A stretch of 64,000 bases of DNA, from assembly GCA_050084985.1 (NCBI GenBank), contig JBITNC010000001.1, positions 199,082,001 to 199,146,000 of the forward strand, read 5' to 3'. Origin of the DNA: Nageia nagi. Its lineage: Eukaryota; Plantae; Pinophyta. Under the pieces are notes generated by a model, which saw nothing but the letters and a program-made list of their open reading frames with translations, did no database searches and had not been told where the DNA came from. Positions 1 through 13,245 of this stretch are shown here, one piece after another. The first letter of the stretch is position 1, and each line of letters starts with the position of its first letter. A program made the position numbers and the translations under genes.

Positions 1-1272
1 ACCTAGGGAGCTTCATGTACATGGCATACATCCTGATCATATAGTATGGTATTGGTGGGCTAAGCATGGAAAGATTACACGAGTCCACAAGATGTTGGAA
101 TCCTATAGGAAAATTATGGATGGTTTGATGGGAGGTAAGTGACTTACCTTACATGTTTTATATTTTTTTTATTGATGTATGAGGTTTAAGAAAGAGGACT
201 AACTCATGATTTTGGTTTGGTAGGTGATATGATCTATAGAACCTATGCGATCGTACCCTATTGGTCAAATGAACCAAGGGGTGCGTAGGAATGGTAGCAT
301 ACATCATGTTATTTGCAAACATGAAAGACTTTTATGGATATATACATGTTCGAGAGGGTTATAAGGCAATTTTATCGAAGACAAGGTATTCCATTAAAAT
401 GCAAGTTTATGGTTAGAATTGGGAGGTATAAGACACACAACCCTAACCTTTATGAGACTCCTCCCAAATGGGTGGAGGAATAGATACCTCCCCAATGCCA
501 TGGGTCAAGGAGTGATTAATATAAAGAGGAGGACCCTAATGGTCCCTAGTTTGATTAGATGTACTTAACATGGTGGGTCAAAATGAGGCCCAATCCACTT
601 AATTTATTTTGGCTGGAGTAGTTGGCAGAAGCTACTGAAGGTGAAGCAAAAGAAGAAGAAAAGGAAGGAAATGGGGATGATGAGGAGGGGGATGTGCAAG
701 TGGAGGAGCCACTACAACATGATAAGTAAGGATGATGGGATGTTCCCATTGGAATCCCCATAGTAGAGACCCAACAATAGCTTGAGAATGATCTCAGTAA
801 GTATATTATTTTTTATACCTACAAGTTAGTTTGCATATAATAATAATAATGACTAACATGCCTTATTTTGATTTTTTTAGATCAAACAAAATTAAACCTG
901 GATTTAGATAAGGCGACTAGGCTATAGGTGGAGGAGACACTGGCTAACATGAGGGAGGAGAGTGTTGCATATGATCAATAGCTATAGGTACTAAAGGTAT
1001 GCTTGGAGGCCTTGGATCAAAGTGTAGAGACTTTTCACAAAATGCACTAGGATTCCCAATATCACAACTTCCTAGGGATGATGGATCATGTTTTAGAGAA
1101 AATAAAGAAGATAGAGGACCTCTTGGGTAAGAAAAGACACTTACAGGCACAATTGATGGCATTAGAGGAGAAATTTGGCCTGAAAAGGCCAAGTCTTAGT
1201 AGAATACCCTCAAATTCCAAGAGTTTTAGGAGTTCTAGGAGTCATGTGGTACCACTAATAATGTTAGCATAA
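1..1272 (+). pseudogene. Plant mobile domain (PMD)-like gene relic, spliced, antisense to the element
   Basis: Translation FMDIYMFERVIRQFYRRQGIP (~330-395) resembles the PMD C-terminal motif VEWH.PDRV.RQFG..Q.IP. Introns 135-223 and 797-880 have GTAAGT donors, CTAAC branch points and AG acceptors. Acidic and coiled-coil tail; many stops. Confidence 0.6.
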
Positions 1273-2433
1273 AAAATTGACTTATTGTATGGTTGATGGA
1301 ATGTATATTTGACAAACATAATGTACTACCTCTTTTTAGCAATTAAAATATGTATATTATGACCTATTTATAAGATATGTTCATGAAATGTGTATGGCAT
1401 GAATGATTAATATTTATAATTATTTTTAAATTTATCTAAGTATAACATATGTATGACTAACAAGAAATGAACACCTATAATTATCAGATGATGACTAGGA
1501 TAACATAGACAAGGTGGTTGGGATATGATATGTATGTAAAAATTATAAATTGAACCCCATGCAAGTGCTAGTGCTTTTAATGAATTACAGTGTCTGGGTG
1601 TGATATGGTAGATCAAGATAACATGGAGGCATGGTATTTCATTTTTTGGATAAGGGAAAATAAAGTTTCTTTATGGCTGTAGCCAAATGAATATGAATGT
1701 CAATATAGTCCCATGGATCCAAAATCCAAGTGAAGGCTATATGCACAACAAAATAATGTTCAAGACATTGACAAGGGTATTTGGAAGCAAAAAAGTTTTG
1801 ACTATGCACAAAATATGATAAGGAACCCAATGCAAGCACTAGTGTGAAAGATAGGAAATGGAGTTGGGAATAACCTCTCCAACACCAATATGATCCTCTA
1901 GAAAAGTAGCAACAAAAATAGATAACAAATGGTTAAGGAAATGAGAGATGATCCTAAGCAAGAAAGTTTTCAAGTTGAATTGAGCCAAGTTTTTCTTAAT
2001 AAATAACAATAAATCCACATAGGTCATAGGGTATATCCTCTAAATAGGAATGAATGACCTAAGGATACTATTGGCTTCCTAAGTTTTGATTGGAAGACTA
2101 ATGCACATGTTGAGCTCAGGATCCATGTGAAGCTACAAAATGGTATGAAGGTGTGACTATGGGTGGCTAATAAATGCCCTTAATATGGTGGGGATGAAAA
2201 ACTTGTAAATTACATCCTAGAGTGGATACATAGATCTATGGGGAATTTGAACAAAAAAACCAAAATAGAGACACATATACTATTGTATACATATTAAAAA
2301 AACTATAAATGAAAAGATCAAGAATAATAATATGTACCTTTCTGTCAAGGTGGAGGAAGAGTACTCACAAAGTTGAAGCTTGTATTTGATGACTTTGGTT
2401 TGATGAAATTTGAAAATGAGTTGTTAAAGATGC

Positions 2434-3555
2434 TCATAGTCTTATTTTTTTCATGTTGATCAATGGATTTGGATGATCACATGAATTTGGCTCTGGGAAA
2501 GTGACCTTCTTTTGATTAATTAGATCATGAATATTATTAAGCAATGTGACATAATACTTTGTTGCATGCCCTTGTTGTTGATGATATTCACAAAACTCAT
2601 CTGATTTGCACTCCCTTGGTATCCCCACTATAAGGGATGGCTTATTTGTATACTTTGATGGTGGAACCAATAATATTTGCTTGATCAAAGCTCTTGTGAG
2701 CTCATAGATATCATCATAGATAGGTGTAATTTTTTATCTAGGAACTTTATGATATTCTATGTAGACTGATTTTTCATCTTTTTCAACTTTGTGAACTTTC
2801 ATTGTTGCTATTGCAAGTTATTGTACCTTTTCCACTTTGGAAATTATTAGTGCTTCATGAGAATGTTCCTTTTTTATTTTGAAGGGGTGATTTATCTTGT
2901 TTTTTCTTTGATTCCAATTTCCATATCTAATGTTGAATTGATCTTTTTGCAATAATGTCTATAGAAATGCATCAAGAGGTAACTTATGGTAATTGAAATA
3001 TCCTATTACATACTTTGGTTGGAGTGATTCTAAGAAGGCCTTGGTCTTCATATCATCATTTATGCAAATTTGATTAGCCTTTTTGGTCCAAAATCTGATA
3101 AATTTTTTGATTTATTGTCCTTCTCTTTGTATTATCTTCAACAAGTCACCAAATATAAATTTCTTTGTAATACAAAGTTGGAAATGATTGTAAAAGGTAA
3201 TTTTTAACTGTCCAAACCTAGTAATGCTACCATGTGGAAATTTGTTGAACCAATCTATAGCTTATCCTTTTAGAGACAAAGGGAATAACTTTACATGCAA
3301 GTCCTCATCCAAATTGATTAAGGATACTTCATCAAAAAAAATGTATGTATGAAGACATGGATCAGTAGTACCGTCAAACCTTGTAAACTTTAACTTTTTA
3401 TTACAAAGTATGACCATATTTTTTATTTGCATGCATAAAGGGTTGTTGTCTTCATTTTTTTGAGGAGCTAATCCTTGACACTTGGCAATTATCTTAATTT
3501 GTTGTTGTATGCCATCAATTTTGTGATGAGCTATCATAGGTGTTGTAGCCTCCAA
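2434..3555 (-). pseudogene. Retrotransposon gag relic (Ogre/Tat type)
   Basis: KFTRFDGTTDPCLH...DEDLHVKLFPLSLKG and FCEYHQQQGH...IHDLI motifs in broken ORFs. Confidence 0.8.
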
Positions 3556-4461
3556 GGGTGAATGAAGAATTATGATTAGAGTGTCTTTCTTTGGATGTTC
3601 TAGTGGTTGTTCATAATGTTTTCCTTATTCAAATGTAGGAAGTTAATGTTTGAGGTTAAAGACTTCAAAAATTCCTATTTTATCATTCATTTCATATATG
3701 ATATTATGTAATGTGATTAAGACATACCACTCTCTTTCAGTGTGAGACATTAAGATCATTTTTTCTCTATTGCATTTAAGAATCTTTGCACATTTGATTT
3801 CATTATCTTCTTGATTCCATTCGGGCATGGGCTATGTAGCTTAGGCAAGTAGTTTATCTACTTCTTTCACATGATATTTTCTCTCATCTGTATGAGTATC
3901 TTAAACTAGTTGCTTATTTTTGACATGAAATATTTTTGTTTTAATTATGTAGTCATTTTGTACTTTATGAAATATCAATTTGTAGTATTGGACCTTTTCA
4001 AGAATACTTTTTCTTGCTAAGGCATGTTCATCAATTGAGTGAAGAAATTTGGTTCTAATATTGTTATATTCATCTAACCAATCTAGATGAGGTGTATCAA
4101 TCTTAGCAAGAAGTTTGTTGATTTCTTCATATTTTTCAAGATCTTCACATTCAGCTTCCAAAAAAATATTTATATCATCATCCAAGTTTGGAACTTGCTT
4201 ATCTTGTCTATTCTATGTAACTTGTGTAATAAGGTCATCATTTTCTAGATCTAAGATATCAAACTGAGCTTCTTGATGAAGCAAGTCTTGCAATATAGTC
4301 AATTGAGCAAGCTTGTGATTGACATTGTTGATTAGGTCAATGATCTCTTATTGATTTTATTGATCTATATCCATCATGGGAGCTACTGGCAGATTTGGAG
4401 CTACTATCTTTTTTTTGACACTCAGCACTCATGCTAAGGTTAGTATTTACATTGATGTGAG

Positions 4462-7400
4462 TGTAGATGCCTAAAAATGATTTATTATTTATTTAATAGA
4501 TCATATTTAGTGCATTAAATGATTAAAAGGTAATAATGTATAAATCAAGATAAAATGCTATTATATTGCAATACCATGTGCTAGGGCCAATGTAATATCA
4601 TATACCATAGCTTATATTTTAAGTTATCTTGAATAATGAAATGATTATTATTATTGCTACATTTCGGCTTTCACCCCTTTCTATTTCATTGCAAGTTATA
4701 AATACAAGAGGTGAAGGTTGACATCCCTATTAGATCTTTTTGATAGGTGGTTGTCCCAAACATCAAACTTACGATGTCTCTTTATGCCACCTATCTTGAG
4801 AACTTGTTAACTCTTTGAGCTTTGTTATCTCTCTCTTATGTGCAACACAAAATTGACAATCCTACGTTGTCAACGGTGTACCTCTTCCATGTAACCAATG
4901 ATGTGCTCAATGATTAGGAGCTCCAAATTTGAGAGAACAACTCTTGTATCCATTATAGTGAACATTTATTGAGAGATCATCTTAAGTTCAATCAAAATCC
5001 TCTAAAAATTCATTGTTGTCCCACTTTGAGTATTGTATGCAAATTGGCTACATGCCCCACTCTATATCAGGTGTATATGTTTCATGTATATTTGTTATAA
5101 TCTAATATAGAGATGTTACTCATTATATTGGATGTCATGAATAGGGTTGTTCACATGGTAGGGATTATCCTTCAACGATCCCTCATTAGAAGCCTCATCT
5201 CCCTCATTATCGTTTTCCTCATCCATCTTAATATCCTTAAGATAGACTCCTATCCACCATGCTGCATAATCAAGGACAATATTGGGTACCATGGAGACAT
5301 TGGTAGCCTCATCCTAATGTTCTTAGATCCTCACATGGGAGCCTCCATGTTGGTATTACCTGTGTCGCCACAGGCATGTCCCTCTCGACCATGCATCATT
5401 GATAGCATATGGGTACTAGTGGGATCCCTTGCTAGATCCCAAACTATCTTAGTATGCATTGAGGGTGGTATGGCTCCACCACCTTCCTATGCATTTGAAG
5501 GAAATACTCCTAACACACCCATGCCAGTTGATGCATGTTCACATCCCATACAAAGTCCTGGTAGTAAACCCATAATAGGTCCATGACCTGTAGTATATCC
5601 ACCTATCATCTCCTTGCCTCTAGCGAGTGTGGATATCTATATCCTTCACTCTTTAAGGTCCAACAAACCAAAGCAACATCTCTCATATCCTCCCTTACTT
5701 GTAGTTCCATTGATCATATCACAACTATGTGCTCATATGCCTATATCTAGAGGAGTCTGATGTGGGCAACGTCATGTTAAACTTATCAATGTTGATGAAG
5801 TTGTACAAATCTCTATACAACTAGGCAAGAACTAATGGTCCTCATGCAGACTATGCCCCTCTCTCACAAATCTATCTCACCACCTAAATAAGTCTGAGTA
5901 GGAAGGTTAAACTACTCTTATTTGGACATAAGTAAGTAGCTATGATTGCAGCCATGTATAATCGTAAATACCACCCCATTAGGGCAAATTGACACACCTC
6001 TACTAGTATGGAAGCCCCATACTCCTAATGATGATCCACCTCCCTAGTAAGCCAAAGAGCCTTCTACTCTTGGATATTATTTTTCGATAGCTCCCTCTAA
6101 TAAATGAGGCTTCCCTTGATGGGAATTCCCCATATTCGATAGACGTTAAGTAAGGTAATGGTCATTTCACATGGGGGTAGGTGAAATAAGCAACATTGTA
6201 GGTCCCATATCTCTATCAATGCTGTCAGTAGTGGTAGGTCTTATTGGACATGCCCGATTATGGCTAGATCTACTAGCTCATATCTAGATAGGATATTGTC
6301 AATGTGGTTGGTTCTAGGCCAACCCCTCACCTTCTCTAAGGTAGTTGTGGTCATCGATCCTCCCCAGATGAGAACCTTGCATTCCTACAAGGGAATAGAT
6401 ATAAATTAATTAAAAATATATTTTGCTAAACTAAAATATTGAATTCATAATGTTAAATAAGATAAAATATAAATATATAAAAAAAAACTATAAGAAAACC
6501 ACTTACCACATGCTCATACAGAAGGGAGCAGAGATACTCTGCTATGTGGCCCCTCTGGCTAGTAATAGGACATCCAAACACCCTCCATGCCTCATCTACC
6601 ATCGAACAACAAGTGAAAATACCGATCAATGATGAAATATTATGGCAAGTAAGTAAAAATAACTTCCTCCAAGGCAAGAATGCAAGGAATCAATCACATG
6701 CAACAAGACATGCAAGTTGGCAAGTTAGTAGGGCTTCACCGAATCAAAGGGAAGTCAGAGCATCAAGTTAGAAAGAGCAAAAGTCAAAATAACTCCTTTT
6801 CAAATCAAAATTTTCTTTTATAATTTCTAAATTGCACTAAAACACTAGAAAATCATCCTCTACCCCTGTAGGTCCCCCAAGTCATTATTTTATATGTTCA
6901 TTATGCATCAAATTATTTTAAATGCTTTCCATTTCTTTTTCAAAAACTTTTAATTTTGCTTTTACACCACTGGTGGTGTTCATTTCTTTGAATTAAGTGT
7001 GCATTCAAGGGAAATGGTTTATAATGGTGCATACATCGCTTTTTAGTACATACTGATTATCTATTATTGAAATTATGATAATTACATTTTTCCTATTAAA
7101 CATATGCCGCCAACGATGTGGAAAACACTAAATTGGTAGAAATTCTAAATAAGCTACCTCAATTATTGTTGAAATGCATGTTATTGAATGGTCAATGCAC
7201 TCATAAAGTTGTTATACATGATTTATTTTTATTGACAAAATTTTATTATATTTAAATTGCACTTCAAATTTATCTATTGCTTGTGTTTCATTTTCAGTTG
7301 AAAATTCTTATTTCAAAGTCAACATAAGATAGCCTTGATTTTGAAAAATGTTGTATCATTTTCTATGCTGCCAGTGGTGTGAATATTGCAAAATTGATTG

Positions 7401-9242
7401 ATTTTTTTTTGTAATTACAAATTTTTCATATTATTTACAATTCGTAGAAATGGTTATTGGAACATTATATGGATTGCAAAGGCAAATTGCAAATACAGAC
7501 AAATATTGCTATGTTATAGTTTCCTTGAAAATCTTATGGTAAATTGGACTAATATATTTCTTCCTAAATTGAAGCAATATGGTATAGAAGGTTGTCAATT
7601 GAATATCCCTCAAATTTCAATACTTGAAATGGAAAATCTCACATTGTCAAAGGCATGCAATTGTTATGAATTCTTTTGTATTGGGGAATGTTGTGATTTC
7701 ATCAAATACTCATTTATTTATATGACTTCTTCATGCATATGAGTTTCTTTATGAATAAGGATCAATATTGTTGAAAACTTGATCATCAAATTTTAGGCAT
7801 CCCACAGTGCTAGCGACGTGGAGTTACATTGAATATTCATGCAAATTAAAATGCTACAATGAATGGCCAATGAATAATTGAAAAAATGGTGCATTGATAG
7901 AAATTGAATATACTGTTATACTAACATTGTTTCAAAGCCATGTTCTTCCTATAAGCAAATATAGTATTGTTACAGGATATCACCATGATGAGTAATTTAA
8001 TGAACATTTATAGACTATGAGTTGTCTTAGTAGTCTATAAATCATGGATATTATGAGCCTGGGGCATTACAAAGAACCCATGCACTTGCCCTTTATAGAC
8101 TATGAGTTATTTTTCATAGTAGTCTATGTATCATTATTTACATCACTATGAGTCACATCGACCATAGTGACACACTGCATATTATATTTATCTCATCATT
8201 GCTATTTACATTTTTTATTCTTTCATGGATGTGATATATGCATGTATATGTTGCCTTGTTCTATAGGTATTGTATGGGTGGGTAGGATTAGCATCAACTA
8301 CTCACCTCATAGAGGGACTCCTATTTTTAGCTTGCTTACCCAATGCAGCATGAACTAGAGGCAAACAATACAAAAAAAGGGGTAAGCAACGTACCATATC
8401 AATCAAAATAGGGAAATCTACTTTATTATTGAAAATCTTTTTCTCTTCTCTAAACTTCTTTGAATTATGCAATTTTAATGCTTTTCATTACATATCCAAA
8501 TAGGGGCAAAATGTAGATGCCTAAAATTGATTTATTATTTATTTAATAAATTATATTTAGCGCATTAAATGATTAAAAGGTAATAATGTATAAATCAAGA
8601 TAAAATGCTATTATATTGTAATATCATGTGCTAGGACCAATGCAATATCATATACCATGGTTTATATTTCAAGTTATCTTGAATATTGAAATGATTATTG
8701 TTATTACTATGTTTCGACTTTCACCCCTTTCTATTTCCTTGTAGGTTATAATACAAGAGGTGAAGGTTGACATCCTTATTGGATCTCTTTGATAGGTGGT
8801 TGTCCTAAACATTAAACTTATGATGTATCTTAATGCCACCTATCTTGAGAACTTGTTAAATCTTTGAGCTCTGTTATCTCTCTCTTACACGTAACACAAA
8901 ATTGATAGTCTTACATCATTAATGGTTTACCTCTTCCTCACAGCCAACGATGTGCACCTTCATGATCGGGAGGTCCAAATTTTAGGGAATGACTCTTGTA
9001 TCCATTATAGTGAACATTTATTGAGAGCTCATCTTAAGTTCAATCGAAATCCTATAAACATTCATTGTTATCCCACTTTGAGGATTGTATGCAAATTAGC
9101 TATAGGCCCCACTTTGTATCAAGTGTATATGTTTCATGTATATTTCTTATAATTTGATATAAAGTTGTTATTCATCGTATTCATAGAAAAAAATTATTTA
9201 TTCATGTATTTATTTTAATATTTATATATTTTTGGGTCTACA
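4462..9242 (+). mobile_element. Non-autonomous LTR element (no gag/pol seen) nested in the Ogre/Tat element
   Basis: Direct repeats 4462-~5128 and 8512-9242; TGTAGA...TCTACA termini; PPT AAATAGGGGCAAAA before the 3' LTR; TSD GTGAG/ATGAG; 5' LTR end and PBS deleted. Confidence 0.85.
5130..6384 (-). pseudogene. PMD (aminotransferase-like plant mobile domain) relic, antisense within the LTR element
   Basis: Minus strand 6231-6111 reads LLTALIEIWDLQCCLFHLPPCEMTITLLNVYRIWGIPIKG, matching the PMD consensus LITALVERW...FHLP.GEMTITL.DV..I.GLP..G; upstream intron 6506-6385 (GTAAGT...TGTAG). Confidence 0.85.
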
Positions 9243-10783
9243 ATGAGCATCCATGCCATCTTCAGGAAGGAAAAATGGTCAAACATTTGGCATGGGAGCA
9301 AATCTATTCATGAAGAATCCCAAATTTATGTTTCAAGGTGTAAGAGTCATATCATCAGGAGGAATGTTCTCATAATACCTGTTATGATGTCATAATCTAT
9401 GTTGTTTCACCACTTCTTCATCTTCTAGGGCATCAACTACATATGGCTTTTCCTCAATTAGCAATCGACTGAGAAGTTTAATTAATCTATCTTTATTTTT
9501 TAGATTTCATAACTTTCTTGAAAATCTCATCATCACTCATTCACGAAATGATCTCTTCTTCAATTGTGATAGGAGGTTACCGATTTAGAGGGGTTTAATA
9601 CCTGTATTATCTTAATTAACCCTCTGATTTACTGTATTAGTTGAATTGTTAAAGCTATCGGTAAAGCTCTTTTGATTTGAATTACTATGAGTAGCTTCCT
9701 TAATTACCTACTCATGTACATTAGTATATGGTTTCTTGGTGCAAATTCTTTCACTTTGCCTTTGAACCACTTTAGGTCTACCAATTCTTCTTCTCTTTGG
9801 AGTCTTTCTAGTTATAGGGTTAGTATTAAGATGCACACTTTAATTGCTAGTAACAAAAAATGCCTTAGGGATATAATATGTAAATAGAACCTTTAATAGG
9901 TTTGAAATTACAATAGAATTATAAGTTTGAGAGCAATTATATCTAACCTTAATTTAGAATAAAAAGAATGATGGGTGCTAATATGTTGATATGTATTTTG
10001 GTACACCTAGGATTACCTCTAAATGAATTAAAAGCACATATACATTTAATTATATGATAAAACTAAGCTAATTAACTCAGATAAACATACATGAATAAGA
10101 GAATACAATAGTGCAGTAATGAAAATAACAAATTATATTGATATCAAGATGTAAAATATAATTACATGCACTAAAGAGAAAGGAATTAAGTGAAAGTTAA
10201 ATACATGTGTGTCCTTACCTATTTTGTGATTGAGGATATGCCAAATGAACTTGTCTAAGAGTGATAACCTTGTTGTATGAACCCCAAGCCCAAATGCAAA
10301 AGAAACACCAATGTGAGTGCTAGTCTCAAGGAGCTCAGTGCGAATGTGGGCACTAATAGTCCTAAAGAATGAGGTTTGCCAATAAGGATTGATGACAACA
10401 AAGTTGCTGATAAGTCAAGCTACGAATATGATCATGAAAGTAGATAACAAATATTTTCTTGAGTGATAACAAGATTCCAATCTCAAAAGGCAGCATTTAG
10501 AAACACCCAAGTGTAGGATACTGACTATCGAGATGTACTCTTAACATACTTTCCCCAAGTTAGAGATACATTTATATCAGGTGTGATTCATCATTTATCC
10601 CCTTATGTGAAGGTAGTAATCAACCCAATATACCTAACATAAAACATAAGAAAACAACATGAGAAATATATGATAATGAGGGTAAAATATGATTAAATGT
10701 GACTAAATGTGATTAAGACATGTATGTAATTAAGTTGCACCTAAGTGGGATTGTGTTAAGAGGATCACTTTTAGGTGTCAACA

Positions 10784-12267
10784 CTCATCATGATAATCAT
10801 TTCCTTTTCTTATCTTCTTCCTCATGATATTAAGAAAAATATCAAATGAAATTGTTTGCTTGAATTTGACACTCTTGTATTGATATTGGGTGAAGTAGGA
10901 ATCAAGGCCCCCATTAGGGTTTTTTGCTTCTTACAAAAATATAAGCATGGACAATTTGGGTAGAGGTGGTTGAATAGGTTGGACTAATTCTTCACTTCTT
11001 TGGTCTGATGTGGCTACCTTAGATGGACTTCTTGATCCTTCTTATGCTTGTGGAGTTGGTGCAAGAGCATCCACCTTCTTCATAAGTTGAAATAGAAAGT
11101 CTACGATGGTTGCAAACTGTTGTGCCATATCAACCTACTTTTCTCTATCAATTTTTGATTCACTTTCACTCTCAATCTCTAACCTTAATCCTTATTCCTT
11201 CTTATGTATTATTAATGCTTTGGCATACAGGAAGTCCTTATAGGATGGTAGGACTTTGAGCCTTGATACCACTGTAATGTACCTTTCTTAGTTTAATCTA
11301 ATTTAGCACCTAATTTTGTATTCATTCATAAATTAGGGCATTAATGATCATGCTTATTAACCATCTAAATATGCACTCAAAATTGAAATATAACAGTAGT
11401 AGCCAAATCTGATATAAAGCTCATGCAACATGCGACTACAACCAAAACTAGAGCATGAATAAGATATGTAACATAACAAAAATAGAACTCCAACAATACT
11501 AAATTCATATACATTACCATGCATAATGAAGATAATAGCATAACAAAAATATATAGGAACATGCATTCACCTTCAAGATGCAATATGAGAGCCAATATCA
11601 TCAATAATCAACTAAGAATAAGTTTAGGGTTGTAATAAGCCTGTAACAAGTTCTAGGGCAAAAGCTTAAGACTTCGAATATGCTCAACCAAGACTCTAAA
11701 ATGTTGGCATAAGACCCAAGAAGGATCCCAATTAGCTTGGTGCAAGTCCCAAGATGACTCTTAATGATTGGTGCAAGCTTCCAAGTGGCAAGAATGATAG
11801 GCACAAGACTCTAGAATGCTCCTTAATGTTGGCGCAAGCTTTCTAAGTGATGTAGAATGGACCTAATCCCTATAAAGTAGAGAAGGGAAGCATCCCTAAG
11901 CTCTAAATGATCCAAGATCAAATGCATAAAATGTTTTCTTTAAGTGACCAAATGACTTGCCTTTATAGCATTCAAAACTTGCAATTATGTCTTCCCAAGC
12001 TGGCCAACCAAGGAGGGAATAATAATAAATATTAAATGGTCTTAAAATCCCCCACACATGATCGATTGATGTAAGGGCAATACATCATTAAATGGCCCTT
12101 TTTTATTGTCTCAAGTAAATACATAATTTGCCCAATTTGAGCAAATGCCTCTAAGGCACAAATATAAATATGATAAATGCATAATATGACAAATAAAGTA
12201 TTCCTCACCTAAGTACTAAAAATCATAATGAATAAGCATGAGGTATGGCGTCTAGATTGCCTTAACA
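10784..12267 (-). mobile_element. 5' LTR plus PBS(Met) of a truncated LTR retrotransposon
   Basis: Minus strand ...CATTACA GTGGTATCAAGGCT at 11273-11259; putative LTR start TGTTAAG at 12267 (uncertain). Confidence 0.55.
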
Positions 12268-12802
12268 AGTGTAATCCTTAATAAATGATAAAAATATGAT
12301 TTCTTTATTTAAGCAGTTGAAATAAAATTTATACAAAATGAGAATGCATCAATAAAAATCTTATCCTATATGATGTAGAAGCAAAAATCTATGAATATTG
12401 TAAAAATAATTAAATTAATTTTAAGAATAATATAACAATTCTTTGATACTATTATAGATCTTTGGTGGTTATTGAAAATGTTACCATGATTCTAAAAAAT
12501 ATTACAAGAATTTCGATATTATTATAACTTGATTATGATATCTATAATTTACAAACAAGAAAATACATGAATAATCTATATTGCTAAATCCTAACACAGA
12601 CTAAAAACATATTAGAATTATTGAAAAGAATGAAAGACAAAAAAATCTTTGATTATATATGAACTCTTGACAGTATGATAGTACAATACATTTTTATAAC
12701 TTTCCTTAAAAAATTAAAACATTAACTTTTTCTTAAAAATTTAGTTCAATAATTAAAATACAATATAAATAAAAATTGTATTAAATAATAAAAGGAACCT
12801 AT

Positions 12803-12832
12803 GAAAGGAAAGGAAAGGAAAGCAAAGCAAAG
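12803..12832 (+). repeat. (GAAAG/CAAAG)n pentanucleotide run in the putative 5' UTR
   Basis: gaaaggaaaggaaaggaaagcaaagcaaag about 30 nt upstream of the ATG. Confidence 0.7.
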
Positions 12833-12861
12833 CCAAGGGAGGGAAGAGCATCGACCAGAAC

Positions 12862-12918
12862 ATGGGGATTGACATAGAGTTGCAGCTGAGCAGAGCTAAT
12901 CGCGTGTACAGGCCCTCG
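12862..12918 (+). CDS. VPS26C: VPS26C (DSCR3-like, retriever subunit) exon 1
   Basis: MGIDIELQLSRANRVYRPS, like the plant VPS26C N-terminus (..LSRSNRIYR..); GT donor at 12919, phase 0. Confidence 0.9.
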
Positions 12919-12993
12919 GTATTGTCTCTCAATTCAGAAATCTTGTTTCATCCCTTCAGTGTAATGCTGACAGTGGTGGTGAATATGTGACAG

Positions 12994-13101
12994 GAAGTTA
13001 TGCATGGAGTGGTGGTGATAACCGTTGATTCCCATTCCAATTCAAGGGGGATTGTTCATCAGGGAATTCGGATCACTGTAGACGGTCGTGTTAATTTACA
13101 G
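12994..13101 (+). CDS. VPS26C: VPS26C exon 2
   Basis: CAG acceptor; EVMHGVVVITVDSHSNSRGIVHQGIRITVDGRVNLQ (cf. HQ.IRL.V.G.VNLQ); GTGGGT donor. Confidence 0.92.
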
Positions 13102-13180
13102 GTGGGTGTGTGGCGTAATCCTTTATTTATTTTGTCAAGGGAAGGGAAATCATCATTGAATGGTAAATTATTGATTGCAG

Positions 13181-13245
13181 CTAAGCACGGGAACCATTGG
13201 AGTAATCGAGTCTCTTTACAGTTCTGTTAAACCAATTCACATTAT
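13181..13245 (+). CDS. VPS26C: VPS26C exon 3
   Basis: TGCAG acceptor; LSTGTIGVIESLYSSVKPIHI plus AT (cf. GVIESFYGVIKPI); GTATGT donor, phase 2. Confidence 0.92.

Larger units (their letters stand above)
1..10783 (-). mobile_element. Decayed Ogre/Tat-like Ty3/Gypsy element (5' LTR at right, gag relic, antisense PMD gene; 3' part outside window)
   Basis: LTR-like block 9984-10783 with TGTTGA...TCAACA ends; degenerate PBS TAGCACCCATC next to it on the minus strand; gag motifs at 2434-3555; no pol seen; interrupted by a nested element at 4462-9242. Confidence 0.65.

Noticed and set aside
5113-5586. 157-aa plus-strand ORF
   Set aside because: Antisense shadow of the PMD gene tail
13000-13230. 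76-aa ORF as a standalone gene
   Set aside because: It is VPS26C exon 2 read through intron 2
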